Below are positions 27,427-37,728 of a stretch of DNA of 42,006 nucleotides, piece by piece (position 1 is the stretch's first letter; every line of letters begins with the position of its first letter). Below the pieces are notes generated by a model. It saw only the letters and a program-made list of their open reading frames with translations, did not search any database and was not told the DNA's origin. The stretch comes from a candidate division WOR-3 bacterium (GTDB taxonomy: Bacteria; Hydrothermota; Hydrothermia; JBDRYB01), in contig JBMFOM010000004.1 in NCBI GenBank assembly GCA_049969615.1, forward strand, positions 1 through 42,006, written 5' to 3'. The position numbers and the translations under genes were made by a program.

Positions 27427-30400
27427 CTATCTCAGGGGCCAGGCCTCGTCAAGCTTGGCCTGCAGATCAATTGTGGCCAACAATATCTCGTGAACCTGCT
27501 GGAAGTGTTCTATCATCTCAAGAGTTAATGGCTTGCCCCACTTCTTGCGTTCCTTGAGCCACTTGTCCAGAACCTGATAGCCACCAATATGGTATTCCCA
27601 GGCAGAAGGCTCCACGCCCTCAAAGGACTGGGTGTCGTTTATCCAGACCCGCTTGCTCGCCTCGTTATACTCAACCTTCTTGACGATGTCCGTGCCGGAG
27701 ATGGGATAGCAAACCCTGGGCCTCGGAAAGCTCCCGCGCATGAGATGCAATTCAACCAAGCCTGATCCGAGCTGGCTTATCCTCTCAAATGCAGGGCCAT
27801 CAAACACGGGGATCCGTGGAAAGTCATATTTGAGGAATTCATTATACCTCGTCCGGTAAGCCGGGGTATAGAGGATCCCGTAGATGTAATAGAAAATGTC
27901 CTCAGGTGAGCGCGAGCGCCCCGTCCTCTCCTCCACGAGCCGGAGGAACTCCAGGTTCAGGTTTGGTACAGGCTCCGGCAATGGCCTAGCTTTTTCATCA
28001 AAGAAAAGATAGAGGGGGAAGAGGCAGTTTATTTCCTTTGTCTTGTCAGAAATGGCACAACTCTCAATAATTTTGTCTGAACAAAACGAATGCTCAAATT
28101 GTCCACTAGAAACCTGCCTTGTTGTTATCAACCCCATATTCCTTCCCGCGAGCATGTGGCGCATGACCTTGGAGCGTGGCCCTTCAATAACTGTCGGATG
28201 ATAGAATAGCCAACGCGTGTCAAATGGTCTATACAGGCACTCTTGGATGAATTCTGATGGGTTCTCCAGCTTTTGGAGCTCTCGGCGAGCCTCTTCTAAT
28301 TTCCATGTTCCGGTATCCTTTAGCCCGAAGGTTTCCCTCCCCGATCTAAAACTTTCAATCCTTCCGGACAAAGCTTCCCTGTTAAAGTCAATTACAAAGT
28401 GATCCCTTGCTGTCACTATCCCGGTGCTGTTCACGGAAAAAATATCCTTCACGCTCCAACTCTGCTCGTATTCCTCTGTCAACCCCTCTTGTCTGGGCAC
28501 GAAAAAATAATCCGGGGAATGGGGTTTCAGTTCCTGCCATTCGGTGCTCTCCACAGAATTGGTCCCCAGAAAGTCATATTTGGAGTCCCGAAGGCCCCAG
28601 AGATCAGCGTAATGGACCCTGGCCTGACAGGTATTTCCTGCCTCCTTCACAAATATCCCAATAGCGACCCCTTGTTGGATGTCAAAGACATTCTCGTCCT
28701 TTGAGCCGTCAGGGCACTTCTCTTTTTTCTTGGAGCTTCCGTGCAGGTTAAGGATGTAGATGTCAGTAAAGGAATTGAGCAAGCTCTGGCGCATTCCCCT
28801 GAAAGTGGGGTTGTCCAGATAACCGTGATTGGTTACGAATGCGAGGATTCCTTGTCCAGCTTTGCTTATTTTCCATTGGGCGAACCGGATGAACTTGACA
28901 TAATCGTCCTGGAGCCAGTGTTTTCTCTCGCCCAGGGGCTTGCCATCAACAACCTTATAATCCTCTATGAGCTTCACTATCCACTCGCCCATGTTTGCGG
29001 ATATTCCCGAATACGGCGGGTTGCCCATGATCACGAGAATGGGGGTTTCGGTTTTGACCTTGTTCGCGGACATGGATTAGTCCGAGAGGTCTTTTATCAC
29101 GGGGAAAATGCCGGGCTGGATCACCTGGGGGTCAAGGGTATTCGTGAGATAGACCTTGAGCCGCTCTCCGGAGTTGAGCTCGTGGCCCAGCTTCCGCAGG
29201 GTCATGCTGAGCTTCATGTGGGCTATGGTATAGGGCGCCATAAGCAATTCAAACCCGTAAAAGTTCTTGAGGATGTGTGAACGGACCAGGTCAGAGAACT
29301 TTCCAGAGAGGCCGGCCTGCCGGTTCTCCTCCCCCACTAGGTGCATGGCATATTCAAGGAATGTCCCGGTGCCAAGCGCGGGGTCAAGGACTGTGACTGA
29401 TGGATCGGCAAGGCCCCGGGTCTTCCCAAACCTGGCTGAAAGCAGGGCGTGAACCGAATTCACGATGAAGGAAACTACTGGCCTTGGCGTAAAATACACG
29501 CCCCGGCACTCCCGGACGCCAGGATCAAACGCCTGGAGAAAATCCTCATAAAAGTGTATGAACGGGTCTTCCTCGGCCTTGTGACGGGTGAAAGCCGAGA
29601 GGATGGCCCGGAGATCAGCTACAGAAAGGGTCTGCGCCATTGAGTCAACGACCCACTCAAGGTCAGTTGGGATCTCGCCGGATATGTGCCCAAAAAGCGT
29701 CCGAATTAAGTGGAATGTGTCCGGCAGGAGGTCTTTTGCGAGCCGGCGGGAAAAGCCGGGCCCGTCGTGGACGGCCCTGGCTATGAATAGGCCATAGGCA
29801 ACGGTCTGCGCGTAGGCATCCGCGAACTGCTCGTGGGTCATGTCCTTTATCAGGTATTCGGAAAAAGCGTGGTAAAGGGGAACCAGGGGCCCCTGGCCTG
29901 TGGGGATGTCGCGTGCGAGCCGGGAGAGAACCTGATCACGAAGGACGCGAGCCCGCCGCGCGAGGGCAGAGGCCAACTGCTCGGGGTCCCCAGCGACCTC
30001 CGGCTGGTAAGCCGTGAACATCTCCAACATCTGCTTGAGGGCCCGCGCGTTCCCGGCCGTGGCGTGGAGCTCACCGGGCGCGCCGAGGTGAACCTCAGCC
30101 ACAGGCCTGTGCGAGCCGGCCTGGAAAAGGAGGAAGTCCCGGTAGTTGGTGAGGATGAGGTTGTCGGCCGCGGCCCGATACTTTTCCAGCTGCGCCTTTA
30201 TTTTCTCGTCTGACAGCAGGATCGGGAGATCCTTTTCAATTGCCTTACACTCACAGAACCCGGCCGGGAAGGCTCCGCGCCTTATCACGAAGTCCGGAGT
30301 GCCGGGAGTCTGGCCGGTTGCCTCGTGGATGATCTCATATTCCGGAAGGCATTGCCGAAAAAGTTCTTCAAGGGGTGACCTGAAGCTCATCTCGGAAAAA

Positions 30401-30513
30401 TCCCCCTGCTTGTATATCCGGTTTATCTCCTGGACATAGATTCTGAGGATCGCGTCCACGGGTAAATTATAGGGTTGGGATTCGGGCTCGCTCCACAACG
30501 AGGTCTGCGCCAT
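27427..30513 (-). pseudogene. Single-chain Type IIG/ISP-like restriction-modification enzyme (nuclease, N6-MTase, specificity domain) interrupted by one in-frame TAA
   Basis: PDF..ECK nuclease motif; GVYFTP; VLDPALGTGTF; then GAC TAA TCC ATG at 29077-29079; GNPPY; YRPFD; DFPRIP; IGGYQVLDKWLK. Both ORFs are in the same frame. Confidence 0.85.
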
Positions 30514-30571
30514 GAGGGGGTCGCGTTCCGCCGAGAATTCAACTCGCGACTTGGTTTATCATTTGTAATCC

Positions 30572-32365
30572 GTGGAGTTCCTAGGTCTGCCAGCGCCGCT
30601 TTTGGCCGATGGGGGGATCGGCGAATACCTCTATTCCCTTGGTTTTCCTAGGGAATACCTTGCAAGCGAGGCACTGGTAAGGGCACCGGAGCTCCTCACC
30701 CGCATACACGCGGAATATGTTAGGGCTGGCGCACAGGTTATAACCACTAACACCTTTGATGCCAACGCGGAGAAGATGGACAGGCATGGCCTGGCGCACA
30801 GGTGCCGAGAAATAAATGCCCTCGCTGCCAGCGTGGCCAGGGAATCCGGTGCGCTTCGCGTTGCCGGCTCCATAGGGCCGCCGGATCCCGGTCTCTCTTA
30901 TGCTTTTGCCCCACGCGACCCATCAAGGCTCGCCGAGTCCTACCTGCCCCAGATTGAAGGGCTTCTTGAGGGCGGGGTTGACCTCATCTTGTTGGAAACA
31001 CAGGTTGATCCCAGACACACAGCACAACTTTTCAGCCTCGTGAGGTCTCTGTCCCCGGATGTACCGGTTGCGGCCAGCTTCACCTTTGGCCTTGACCTTT
31101 TGACCCCGGCCGGGTTCTCAGTGGACGATGTCATTAAATCACTTACTGGGCTTGAACTTGCCGGCCTGGGTGCGAACCACGGGATCAGCCCCCTGCAGTT
31201 TCTGGACATATACAGGCAACTTCTCGCCGCCTCGCCGTTTCCTATACTCCTTGAACCAAACTCTGGCCTCGCGCGTTTCCAGGATGGCTCTTTCGTCTAT
31301 CCGGCAACCCCCACACATTTTGCCAGATGCATGGCTTCATGCACCGGCCCAAAAACTGTCCTCCTTGGTGGCTGTTGCGGCACAACCCCGGAGTTCATCA
31401 GCGCTCTCTATGACCAACTTTCCTCCGGCACCAGCAAGGCCGTATCCGTTGGATGGGTGACACCGGAAAATGAGGCTGAGGCATCCGCGGTCGTGAGCTC
31501 GCCGCCAAGGCTCGCAGAGAGCCTTTCAGCTGGGAACGCGCTGGTCGTGGAGCTCTTGCCTCCCAGGGATGGCGATCCATCGACGTTTTTGAAAAAGGCC
31601 GAGACACTCAGGGAGTTTGAGCCGCTGGCAATAAGCATTCCGGATTCACCGATGGGCCGGGTAAGGGCATCTCCCAGCCTGATGGGAACCCTTCTCCGGG
31701 AACGGCTTGGCCTTGAATCCCTCGTTCACTTCGCACTGAGGGATAGGAGCCTTACCCGTGTCCAATCTGACCTACTCGGTCTCTCGGCCGCTGGGCTGCA
31801 CACGGTTTTCGTTGTCGCTGGCGACCCCCCAACTCTGGGCGACTATCCTCAGGCCACAGCCATATATGACCTATCAACGGAGGAAACCCTATCTCTAATA
31901 GGAAGACTGTGCCTTGGCCGGGACCTGGCGGGCCGAGAGATAGGCAAAGGGTCCTACTTCTTCCCCGGAAGCGCTATTTCGCTTTCTGATCCAAAGGCAA
32001 AGGACAAGGTGAATAGGCGCTGGGAGCTTGGCTGTAGGTTTTTCATAACTCAGCCAGTTTATTCGTCCGATGACATAGAACCGTGGCAGGATGTATTAAG
32101 AGAATATCCCGTGATAATTGCTCTCATGCCCATGAGAAACAGGTCCAACGCGCTATACCTGGCATCAGAGGTCCCCGGCATAAGTGTTCCCAGAAAGATC
32201 CTTGAAAAAATTGAATCCCTTGATGACGCGGATGTCCCTCGTTTCTCCTTGGATGTTCTATCTGAGGTGATGGAAGCCATCCGCGGCCTTGCCAGGGGGG
32301 TCTATATATCTGGCCCGGCAAGCGGAACAGAGGAATTGGCGAGGCTATGGAAAAGAGGGTTATGA
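30572..32365 (+). CDS. Bifunctional homocysteine S-methyltransferase / methylenetetrahydrofolate reductase (YitJ-like)
   Basis: LADGGIG, TNTF, AGSIGP, LET, GGCCGTTP; then VELLPP, IPDSP, GDPP, FFITQPVY. Confidence 0.9.
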   Translation: MEFLGLPAPLLADGGIGEYLYSLGFPREYLASEALVRAPELLTRIHAEYVRAGAQVITTNTFDANAEKMDRHGLAHRCREINALAASVARESGALRVAGSIGPPDPGLSYAFAPRDPSRLAESYLPQIEGLLEGGVDLILLETQVDPRHTAQLFSLVRSLSPDVPVAASFTFGLDLLTPAGFSVDDVIKSLTGLELAGLGANHGISPLQFLDIYRQLLAASPFPILLEPNSGLARFQDGSFVYPATPTHFARCMASCTGPKTVLLGGCCGTTPEFISALYDQLSSGTSKAVSVGWVTPENEAEASAVVSSPPRLAESLSAGNALVVELLPPRDGDPSTFLKKAETLREFEPLAISIPDSPMGRVRASPSLMGTLLRERLGLESLVHFALRDRSLTRVQSDLLGLSAAGLHTVFVVAGDPPTLGDYPQATAIYDLSTEETLSLIGRLCLGRDLAGREIGKGSYFFPGSAISLSDPKAKDKVNRRWELGCRFFITQPVYSSDDIEPWQDVLREYPVIIALMPMRNRSNALYLASEVPGISVPRKILEKIESLDDADVPRFSLDVLSEVMEAIRGLARGVYISGPASGTEELARLWKRGL

Positions 32366-32961
32366 GGCCGAGGCCGGAGGAGGTCCTTCCGGAGACCAGA
32401 AGGGTTCTGGCAAGGGCCGGATGCCCACCGGATCGTGGAGAAGCATTCGTTGAGATCGCGAGGGCCGTTGCCGGAAAGCTCATAACGCTCGCCAAACCCG
32501 CAGCTTTCTCGGTTGATCTCCCGGTAATGGGGATTGGTCCAGACATCGTTGAGCTGGACGGGCTTACCATTTCTTCATCGGATATGGTAAAGAAGCTCTC
32601 CGAGGCCGAGACGGTGAGCCTGTTTCTCGCCACAATAGGGGCCGAGCCTGAAGAGGAATGTCGTGCCCTTGGCGAGGGAAACAGGCTAATCGAGGCCCTC
32701 TTGCTTGATTCTGCGGCATCGGAAATGGTTGAAAGGCTTCTCCGGCTGGCACACCTGGATACGGCAAAACGAATGTCCGGGTTCGTCGGAACTGCTAGAT
32801 ACGCGCCCGGCTACGGGGATTTCTCTCTGAGCCACCAGGTCAGAATAGTTGAAGTGTTGGGTGGCGACGAGACCGGAGTCAGGGTGATGCAGGATTCATT
32901 CATGCTGATTCCGAAAAAGAGCACAACGGGGATTATAGGATGGAAAAGGCAAAGGAATTGA
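32347..32961 (+). CDS. Stand-alone methionine synthase activation (AdoMet-binding) domain
   Basis: FLATIG, LLDSAASE, RYAPGYGD, MLIPKKSTTGIIG. Confidence 0.88.
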   Translation: MEKRVMRPRPEEVLPETRRVLARAGCPPDRGEAFVEIARAVAGKLITLAKPAAFSVDLPVMGIGPDIVELDGLTISSSDMVKKLSEAETVSLFLATIGAEPEEECRALGEGNRLIEALLLDSAASEMVERLLRLAHLDTAKRMSGFVGTARYAPGYGDFSLSHQVRIVEVLGGDETGVRVMQDSFMLIPKKSTTGIIGWKRQRN

Positions 32962-35282
32962 GAGAACTGCTCGCCCGGCGCGTTGTTTTCCTAGACGGAG
33001 CCACGGGCACTGAGCTCATAAAAAGGGGCCTTCCGCCGGGCGCTTCCCCAGAGCTGTGGTCATCTGAACACACCGATGTCCTTGCCCGGCTATACATGGA
33101 CTACGCTGATTCTGGCTCTGATATAGTCCTTGCTAACACCTTTGGTGCCAACAGGATAAAACTCGGTGAGCCGGGCCTCGTTGATAAGATAAATTGGATA
33201 ATGGTCCGGACAGCGCTTGATGCGATCGGCCACAGGGTCATAGTCGGAGCGAGCATTGGCCCGACCGGCCTACTGATGTATCCCCAGGGGCCCCTGAGGA
33301 TGTCTGATGCATATTCGGTTTTCCGTGAGCAGGCGGAGGCCCTTCTCAGGGCAGGCATTGAGGTTTTCTTCCTTGAGACCTTCTCCGACCCGCGAGAGCT
33401 AAAGGCCGCGTTTCTCGCGGTAAGGGATGCCGCTCCCGATTCCTTCGTTTCAATGCAAATGACCTTTGGAGAGGGTGGGCTTTCCCTTTCAGGAACAGGG
33501 CCAGCCGCACTGGCGTTGATGGCTGAGCATCTGGGCCCGGACGCTGTGGGCATGAACTGCTCCCAAGGGCCAGGGGGGCTTTTCCCCGTTTTTCAGGAAA
33601 TGGCGAGGTTTTCCACCCGTTTCCTGGTCGTGGAGCCTAACGCCGGGCTTCCGGTCAACGGCTTTTATCCTCTCGGTCCCGCGGAGTTCGCTTCCTGGGC
33701 TGAGGATTTTGCCTGGGCCGGCGCGAATATCATAGGCGGTTGTTGCGGCACGGGGCCCGATCATGTCAGGGAATATGTCCGCTTGATCGGGCAGAGGCCT
33801 CCAGAAATACGAAAACCGGAACCATTGCTGGCGTTCAGTTCATTGGACCGGGTTGTGCCCGCTGGCAAGAAAACCCTCGCTGTCGGCGAGTCAATAAACC
33901 CAACAGGTAGGCCCAGCCTGAAAAAAGCGTTGAAAGAAGGGGATATTGAACTGATCGTTTCCCTGGCAAGGGCTCAGGAGAAGGCTGATCTGATTGATGT
34001 GAACCTCGGCCTGGAAAAAACACTGCCCGACGGGCTTGTTTCGGAGCTGTTCTCAAGGCTAACCGATGGCCCTCCACTCTCCTGCGACCTTTCCTCGCCG
34101 GAGCTCATCCAGCAGGCGTTTTCTGAGCTGGGCGGGATAGGGCTTCTGAATTCCCTCACCGCTACAGAGGAGGATATCTCGTCCAAGATCGGAATCCTAA
34201 AAAGACACGGCGGATTCGCGGTTCTTTTGCCTCTTGATAAAGGGGGACTGGGAGAAACACCGGAGGAGAGGCTCCTTAAAATCAAGAGAGGCATTGAGAT
34301 TCTCGCTGAGCATGGCTTTCCGGTTGAACGCGTGATCGCGGATCCAGTCGTAAAACCCATTGCCACGGGAGCTCCGCCAGATGTTACCCTGGAAACCCTC
34401 AAAGCCTTGAAGTCAATAGGCCTACTGACCATAGCGGGCGTATCAAATGTTTCCCACGGCCTCCCTGGCAGGGCGGGCATCAACTCAGCGATGCTCTCTG
34501 TGTTGATCGCAGCGGGACTTGACCTAGCAATAGTTGATGTGATGAATCAGACTACAATTGATGTCCTGACGGGCGCGCAGGTTCTCGTGGGCAGGATTAG
34601 CCCCACGGAAACACCCGCGTCGGGGCCTGATGACGAATCCTATGACCCGGCCGAGCAGCTATCCTATGCGCTGTTTCTGGGCGACAAAAATACCGCCACG
34701 CTGAGGGCGATGGAACTGCTTGAATCAGGCCTTTCCCCTGAGGATATAATAAACAATTGCCTTGGTCCAGCGCTTGAGCGGGTTGGAAAATCTTACGAAG
34801 AACGAAAGATATTCCTGCCGCACCTGGTCAGGGCCGCGGAGGCCGCTGAGGCACTCATGGATGTCATGAGGCCATTTCTCAGCGAAGGTGCCGGGGCAAC
34901 GCCCCGGGGTACTGTCATCATAGCGACGGTCCGCGGTGATGTCCACGATATAGGCAAAAACCTGGTCGCACTGTTCCTTCGGAACGCGGGTTTCAATGTG
35001 ATTGATTTGGGAAAGGATGTTCCTGCCGAGAGAATAGTCCAGGAGGCCGAAAATACTGGTGCCGAAATAGTAGCCCTATCGGCCCTCATGAGCACCACTG
35101 CTCCCCGCATGGAGGAGGTTATAAGGCTCCTCAAGGATAGAGGGCTTTCCACGCGTGTCATGGTTGGCGGAGCGGTTGTCACAAGGGATTTTGCCGAGCG
35201 CATAGGAGCGGATGGATACGGCCCGGACGCCTACTCAGCGGTTAAGCTTGCCGAACAACTCCTGAAAAAGCCTCGCGGCTAG
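32940..35282 (+). CDS. metH: Cobalamin-dependent methionine synthase core (Hcy, pterin, cap and B12 domains)
   Basis: LDGATGT, GMNCS, GGCCG, GESINPTG, GVSNVSHG, DVHDIGKN, SALM, VGGA. Confidence 0.93.
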   Translation: MEKAKELRELLARRVVFLDGATGTELIKRGLPPGASPELWSSEHTDVLARLYMDYADSGSDIVLANTFGANRIKLGEPGLVDKINWIMVRTALDAIGHRVIVGASIGPTGLLMYPQGPLRMSDAYSVFREQAEALLRAGIEVFFLETFSDPRELKAAFLAVRDAAPDSFVSMQMTFGEGGLSLSGTGPAALALMAEHLGPDAVGMNCSQGPGGLFPVFQEMARFSTRFLVVEPNAGLPVNGFYPLGPAEFASWAEDFAWAGANIIGGCCGTGPDHVREYVRLIGQRPPEIRKPEPLLAFSSLDRVVPAGKKTLAVGESINPTGRPSLKKALKEGDIELIVSLARAQEKADLIDVNLGLEKTLPDGLVSELFSRLTDGPPLSCDLSSPELIQQAFSELGGIGLLNSLTATEEDISSKIGILKRHGGFAVLLPLDKGGLGETPEERLLKIKRGIEILAEHGFPVERVIADPVVKPIATGAPPDVTLETLKALKSIGLLTIAGVSNVSHGLPGRAGINSAMLSVLIAAGLDLAIVDVMNQTTIDVLTGAQVLVGRISPTETPASGPDDESYDPAEQLSYALFLGDKNTATLRAMELLESGLSPEDIINNCLGPALERVGKSYEERKIFLPHLVRAAEAAEALMDVMRPFLSEGAGATPRGTVIIATVRGDVHDIGKNLVALFLRNAGFNVIDLGKDVPAERIVQEAENTGAEIVALSALMSTTAPRMEEVIRLLKDRGLSTRVMVGGAVVTRDFAERIGADGYGPDAYSAVKLAEQLLKKPRG

Positions 35283-35304
35283 CGCTATCCGTTGCGGGTC
35301 GTCC

Positions 35305-35991
35305 TCACTTCAGTTTCAGTCCCCATACTGCTAGCGATTCCTCAGTTATTACAAGCGCGCCAAAGACGCCTTCGGCTCCCTTTATCGCCAGAAGCGCTCC
35401 CTCTGGATCGTTGTCCAAGAGGGCCTCGTTGCCAAGCCTGGTTGCCCACGCATCCGCCAGAGCGCCGCTTTCAGCGACCACGGTCGCGGCCCATGCCCTG
35501 CCGAGGCTCAGGGAAAGCCCGAGTTTCCCTGATGAAGTAGCAATGCCCCATGAACCAGGAGGAACTGTGATCCTCGGCCCCGGAAGCTTCGGGTTCCCGG
35601 AGAAGACCTCAAACACCCTCTCTCGGCTGGTCCTCATAAAAACATCCCCACCGTTCTCTGCGGCCACATCGCCATGATATGCCATCACGACTCTCTCCGC
35701 GAAGGCACCGGCGACCGCGGCCATTGGCCCAACACCAGCGGCCTTGCCGGCTTGTGCCATATTAATCGCTACGGCCGGTGCGCCCGGCAAGGGTTCCAGT
35801 GGGTCAAGACTCCTGCCGAATACTGGATGCCTCTCCAGATACCCTTCCATTTCCTCCCATAGGCTCACGATTATCCGTGCCCCTGGCGTGGCATCAATTG
35901 GATTTTCGGAGCCAAGGAGAATATCTGTTTTGCGGTGGACTATCCTCGCCCGGTAAGGCCATCCAGAGACCCTTTCCCTATAAGGTTTCAT
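35305..35991 (-). CDS. UPF0280/COG2122 ApbE-like protein (sulfur assimilation)
   Basis: VGPMAAVAG, ENGGD, GIATSSG..SLSLG, ADAWAT..GN. Confidence 0.9.
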   Translation of the reverse strand: MKPYRERVSGWPYRARIVHRKTDILLGSENPIDATPGARIIVSLWEEMEGYLERHPVFGRSLDPLEPLPGAPAVAINMAQAGKAAGVGPMAAVAGAFAERVVMAYHGDVAAENGGDVFMRTSRERVFEVFSGNPKLPGPRITVPPGSWGIATSSGKLGLSLSLGRAWAATVVAESGALADAWATRLGNEALLDNDPEGALLAIKGAEGVFGALVITEESLAVWGLKLK

Positions 35992-36374
35992 TCAAATGCT
36001 TCCAGCGCGCCGGTTGGGCATGAGTCCAAGCAGAACAGGCAGAATATGCAGAGCGCCGAGTCAAAGACGAGGCGATCATCCTCGCCCATGCAAAGCGCTC
36101 CGGAGGGGCAGACTCCTGAGCAGGAGCCACAGTCAACGCAGAGTTCATCGCGTCTGGCTATCTTGTCGGAGAGTGGATAAACCGCAACACCCCGTTCCTT
36201 CAACCATACTATTGCGCTTTCGGGATCAGGCCCTATGTCCACTACCATCTCGCCGTCCTCGGTCTGGGTGACCCTTGCCCGCAGGATGTTAACCTCGGCG
36301 CCATGTTCCTTGATGAGCGCGGTGATTATGGGCTTGTCCACTATGTCCTTCGGAAAATGCAGGAATAGTTTCAT
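35988..36374 (-). CDS. NIL domain / 2x[4Fe-4S] ferredoxin (MA1822-like partner of the DUF39 enzyme)
   Basis: KPII..VNILRA; CVDCGSCSGVCP and CIFCLFCLDSCP; GGAGG RBS before ATG 36374. Confidence 0.9.
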   Translation of the reverse strand: MKLFLHFPKDIVDKPIITALIKEHGAEVNILRARVTQTEDGEMVVDIGPDPESAIVWLKERGVAVYPLSDKIARRDELCVDCGSCSGVCPSGALCMGEDDRLVFDSALCIFCLFCLDSCPTGALEAFE

Positions 36375-36375
36375 C

Positions 36376-37521
36376 TCATACCTCCCATGGGAGTGAACGC
36401 CCTTCAATCGGCAGGGGCCTTACATATGGCGATAACTTGAAACGCCCCTCTTTTACCCATGATTTCAGTGTTTCGGCGACCTGCCTTGATATTCTCATGC
36501 TCGTTCTTGAACCTGTCCTCGCCCGCTTCCCCATTATCTCCACCCATCCGGTTCTCAACTCCCGATAGCTCAGCTCTTTGACCACTGGCCTCTGCCTCCT
36601 AGCCACACCATAGTCCAGGATAACTGTCTTTAGCTGGCTGTCAGGCCTTGAACATGTCTCGGCCAGGTCCTCGTCCAATATGGGAATAGCAAGGCCTATT
36701 CCGAGGAAAAGGCTCACACCGTATCCCGGCACATATGCAGCTCGTAGGAAGTCCGGGTTCATCTCCTTCAAATTTCCTATCAGGGCAAGTGTCGCACCGG
36801 GGGTTATTGGTAGCCCGGCCGAGTCGCGTTTTGGATTAGCATTGAACTGGGTCCCCTCCCACGCGACATGCCCTATTGCCCCTCCAAGGAACACCTTTGT
36901 CCCGATTCCAACCGTCCTGAGGTTTGGGTCCTTCAAGAGGGGAGAAAGCTCCCCGGATGTGGCATACATGACATTCCCATATCCCGGCAGGAGCTTTCCC
37001 ATGTATGTGTAGAGGATACGGGATGAGGAGTTTGTCGCGGCGGCATAGTTTTGATAAAGGTTTCTGGGATTGAAGAGGAACGCCTGATTCAGGTTCTTCA
37101 GGGTAATCTCTCCCTCCACTGATTTCCGCGGATAACAATCAGACCTTGCGCCTTCTGCTCGGAACCTCACGGACTCGCCGCGTATCAAAGCCTCTATAAC
37201 ATGCGCGCCACCATATCTCTGGTCAGTCAAAGAGACCTGCGTCGCGCCGAGATACAAGTCAACAGCGGCTATGCCTCCGTATGCCTCTACATCATTCAGA
37301 AATGCTCTCTGGAAGCGGGACGGAGGGTCTGTATGGCCGGTGTTCAGAAATAGCCCTGAGGAGCACATCATCCCGAATGTCCCAGTTGTTATGACATCTA
37401 CCTTTTCCGCTACTGACTTCACTCCCTCTGTCTCCCGGAGCCTCGCGGCCTCCTCCGCGGTGAGGACTACCACCTCACCCCGGGCTATCTTCTCGTTTAT
37501 CTCTTCAAGACTTCTATGCAT
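36376..37521 (-). CDS. DUF39 homocysteine biosynthesis protein (L-aspartate semialdehyde sulfurtransferase, MA1821/MJ0100-like), without CBS pair
   Basis: EINEKI..VVLTAEE, VDVITTGTFGMMCSSG, YGGAHVIE, RNLYQNY, YTYMG, SGELSPL. Confidence 0.92.
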   Translation of the reverse strand: MHRSLEEINEKIARGEVVVLTAEEAARLRETEGVKSVAEKVDVITTGTFGMMCSSGLFLNTGHTDPPSRFQRAFLNDVEAYGGIAAVDLYLGATQVSLTDQRYGGAHVIEALIRGESVRFRAEGARSDCYPRKSVEGEITLKNLNQAFLFNPRNLYQNYAAATNSSSRILYTYMGKLLPGYGNVMYATSGELSPLLKDPNLRTVGIGTKVFLGGAIGHVAWEGTQFNANPKRDSAGLPITPGATLALIGNLKEMNPDFLRAAYVPGYGVSLFLGIGLAIPILDEDLAETCSRPDSQLKTVILDYGVARRQRPVVKELSYRELRTGWVEIMGKRARTGSRTSMRISRQVAETLKSWVKEGRFKLSPYVRPLPIEGRSLPWEV

Positions 37522-37600
37522 CTTGTCTCCTTTGGGTTAAATGCCGGGCCAATGGCTGGTCGGAATGATATATGAGACGGTGGGGGTTTGATCCGGAGTT

Positions 37601-37694
37601 GACGAAGGGATCAGGCCTTTGCCCGTTGAATGGGCAGACTTCCCCTAGCCGGGGATTGGCTAGCCTGACACATGTCATCCTTCGTCCTCTTCAT
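37601..37694 (-). promoter_or_regulatory. Candidate structured leader with a 27-aa uORF (37694-37611) upstream of the homocysteine operon
   Basis: TTGAAC-18-TATACT promoter 8 nt before ATG; MKRTKDDMCQASQSPARGSLPIQRAKA; nested helices GACGAAGG/CCTTCGTC, TCAGGC/GCCTGA, TAGCC/GGCTA, TGCCC/GGGCA. Confidence 0.55.
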
Positions 37695-37728
37695 GGCCCA
37701 AAAGTATAATGACTGGGTCAATGGGGGT

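Noticed and set aside
37522-37700. SAM-I, T-box or cobalamin riboswitch upstream of the homocysteine genes
   Set aside because: The expected consensus blocks (ATCnAGAG/GCAACC/GTGC; GGTGGnACC; GCCACTG/GGGAAG arrangement) were not found. Kept only as an unassigned leader.
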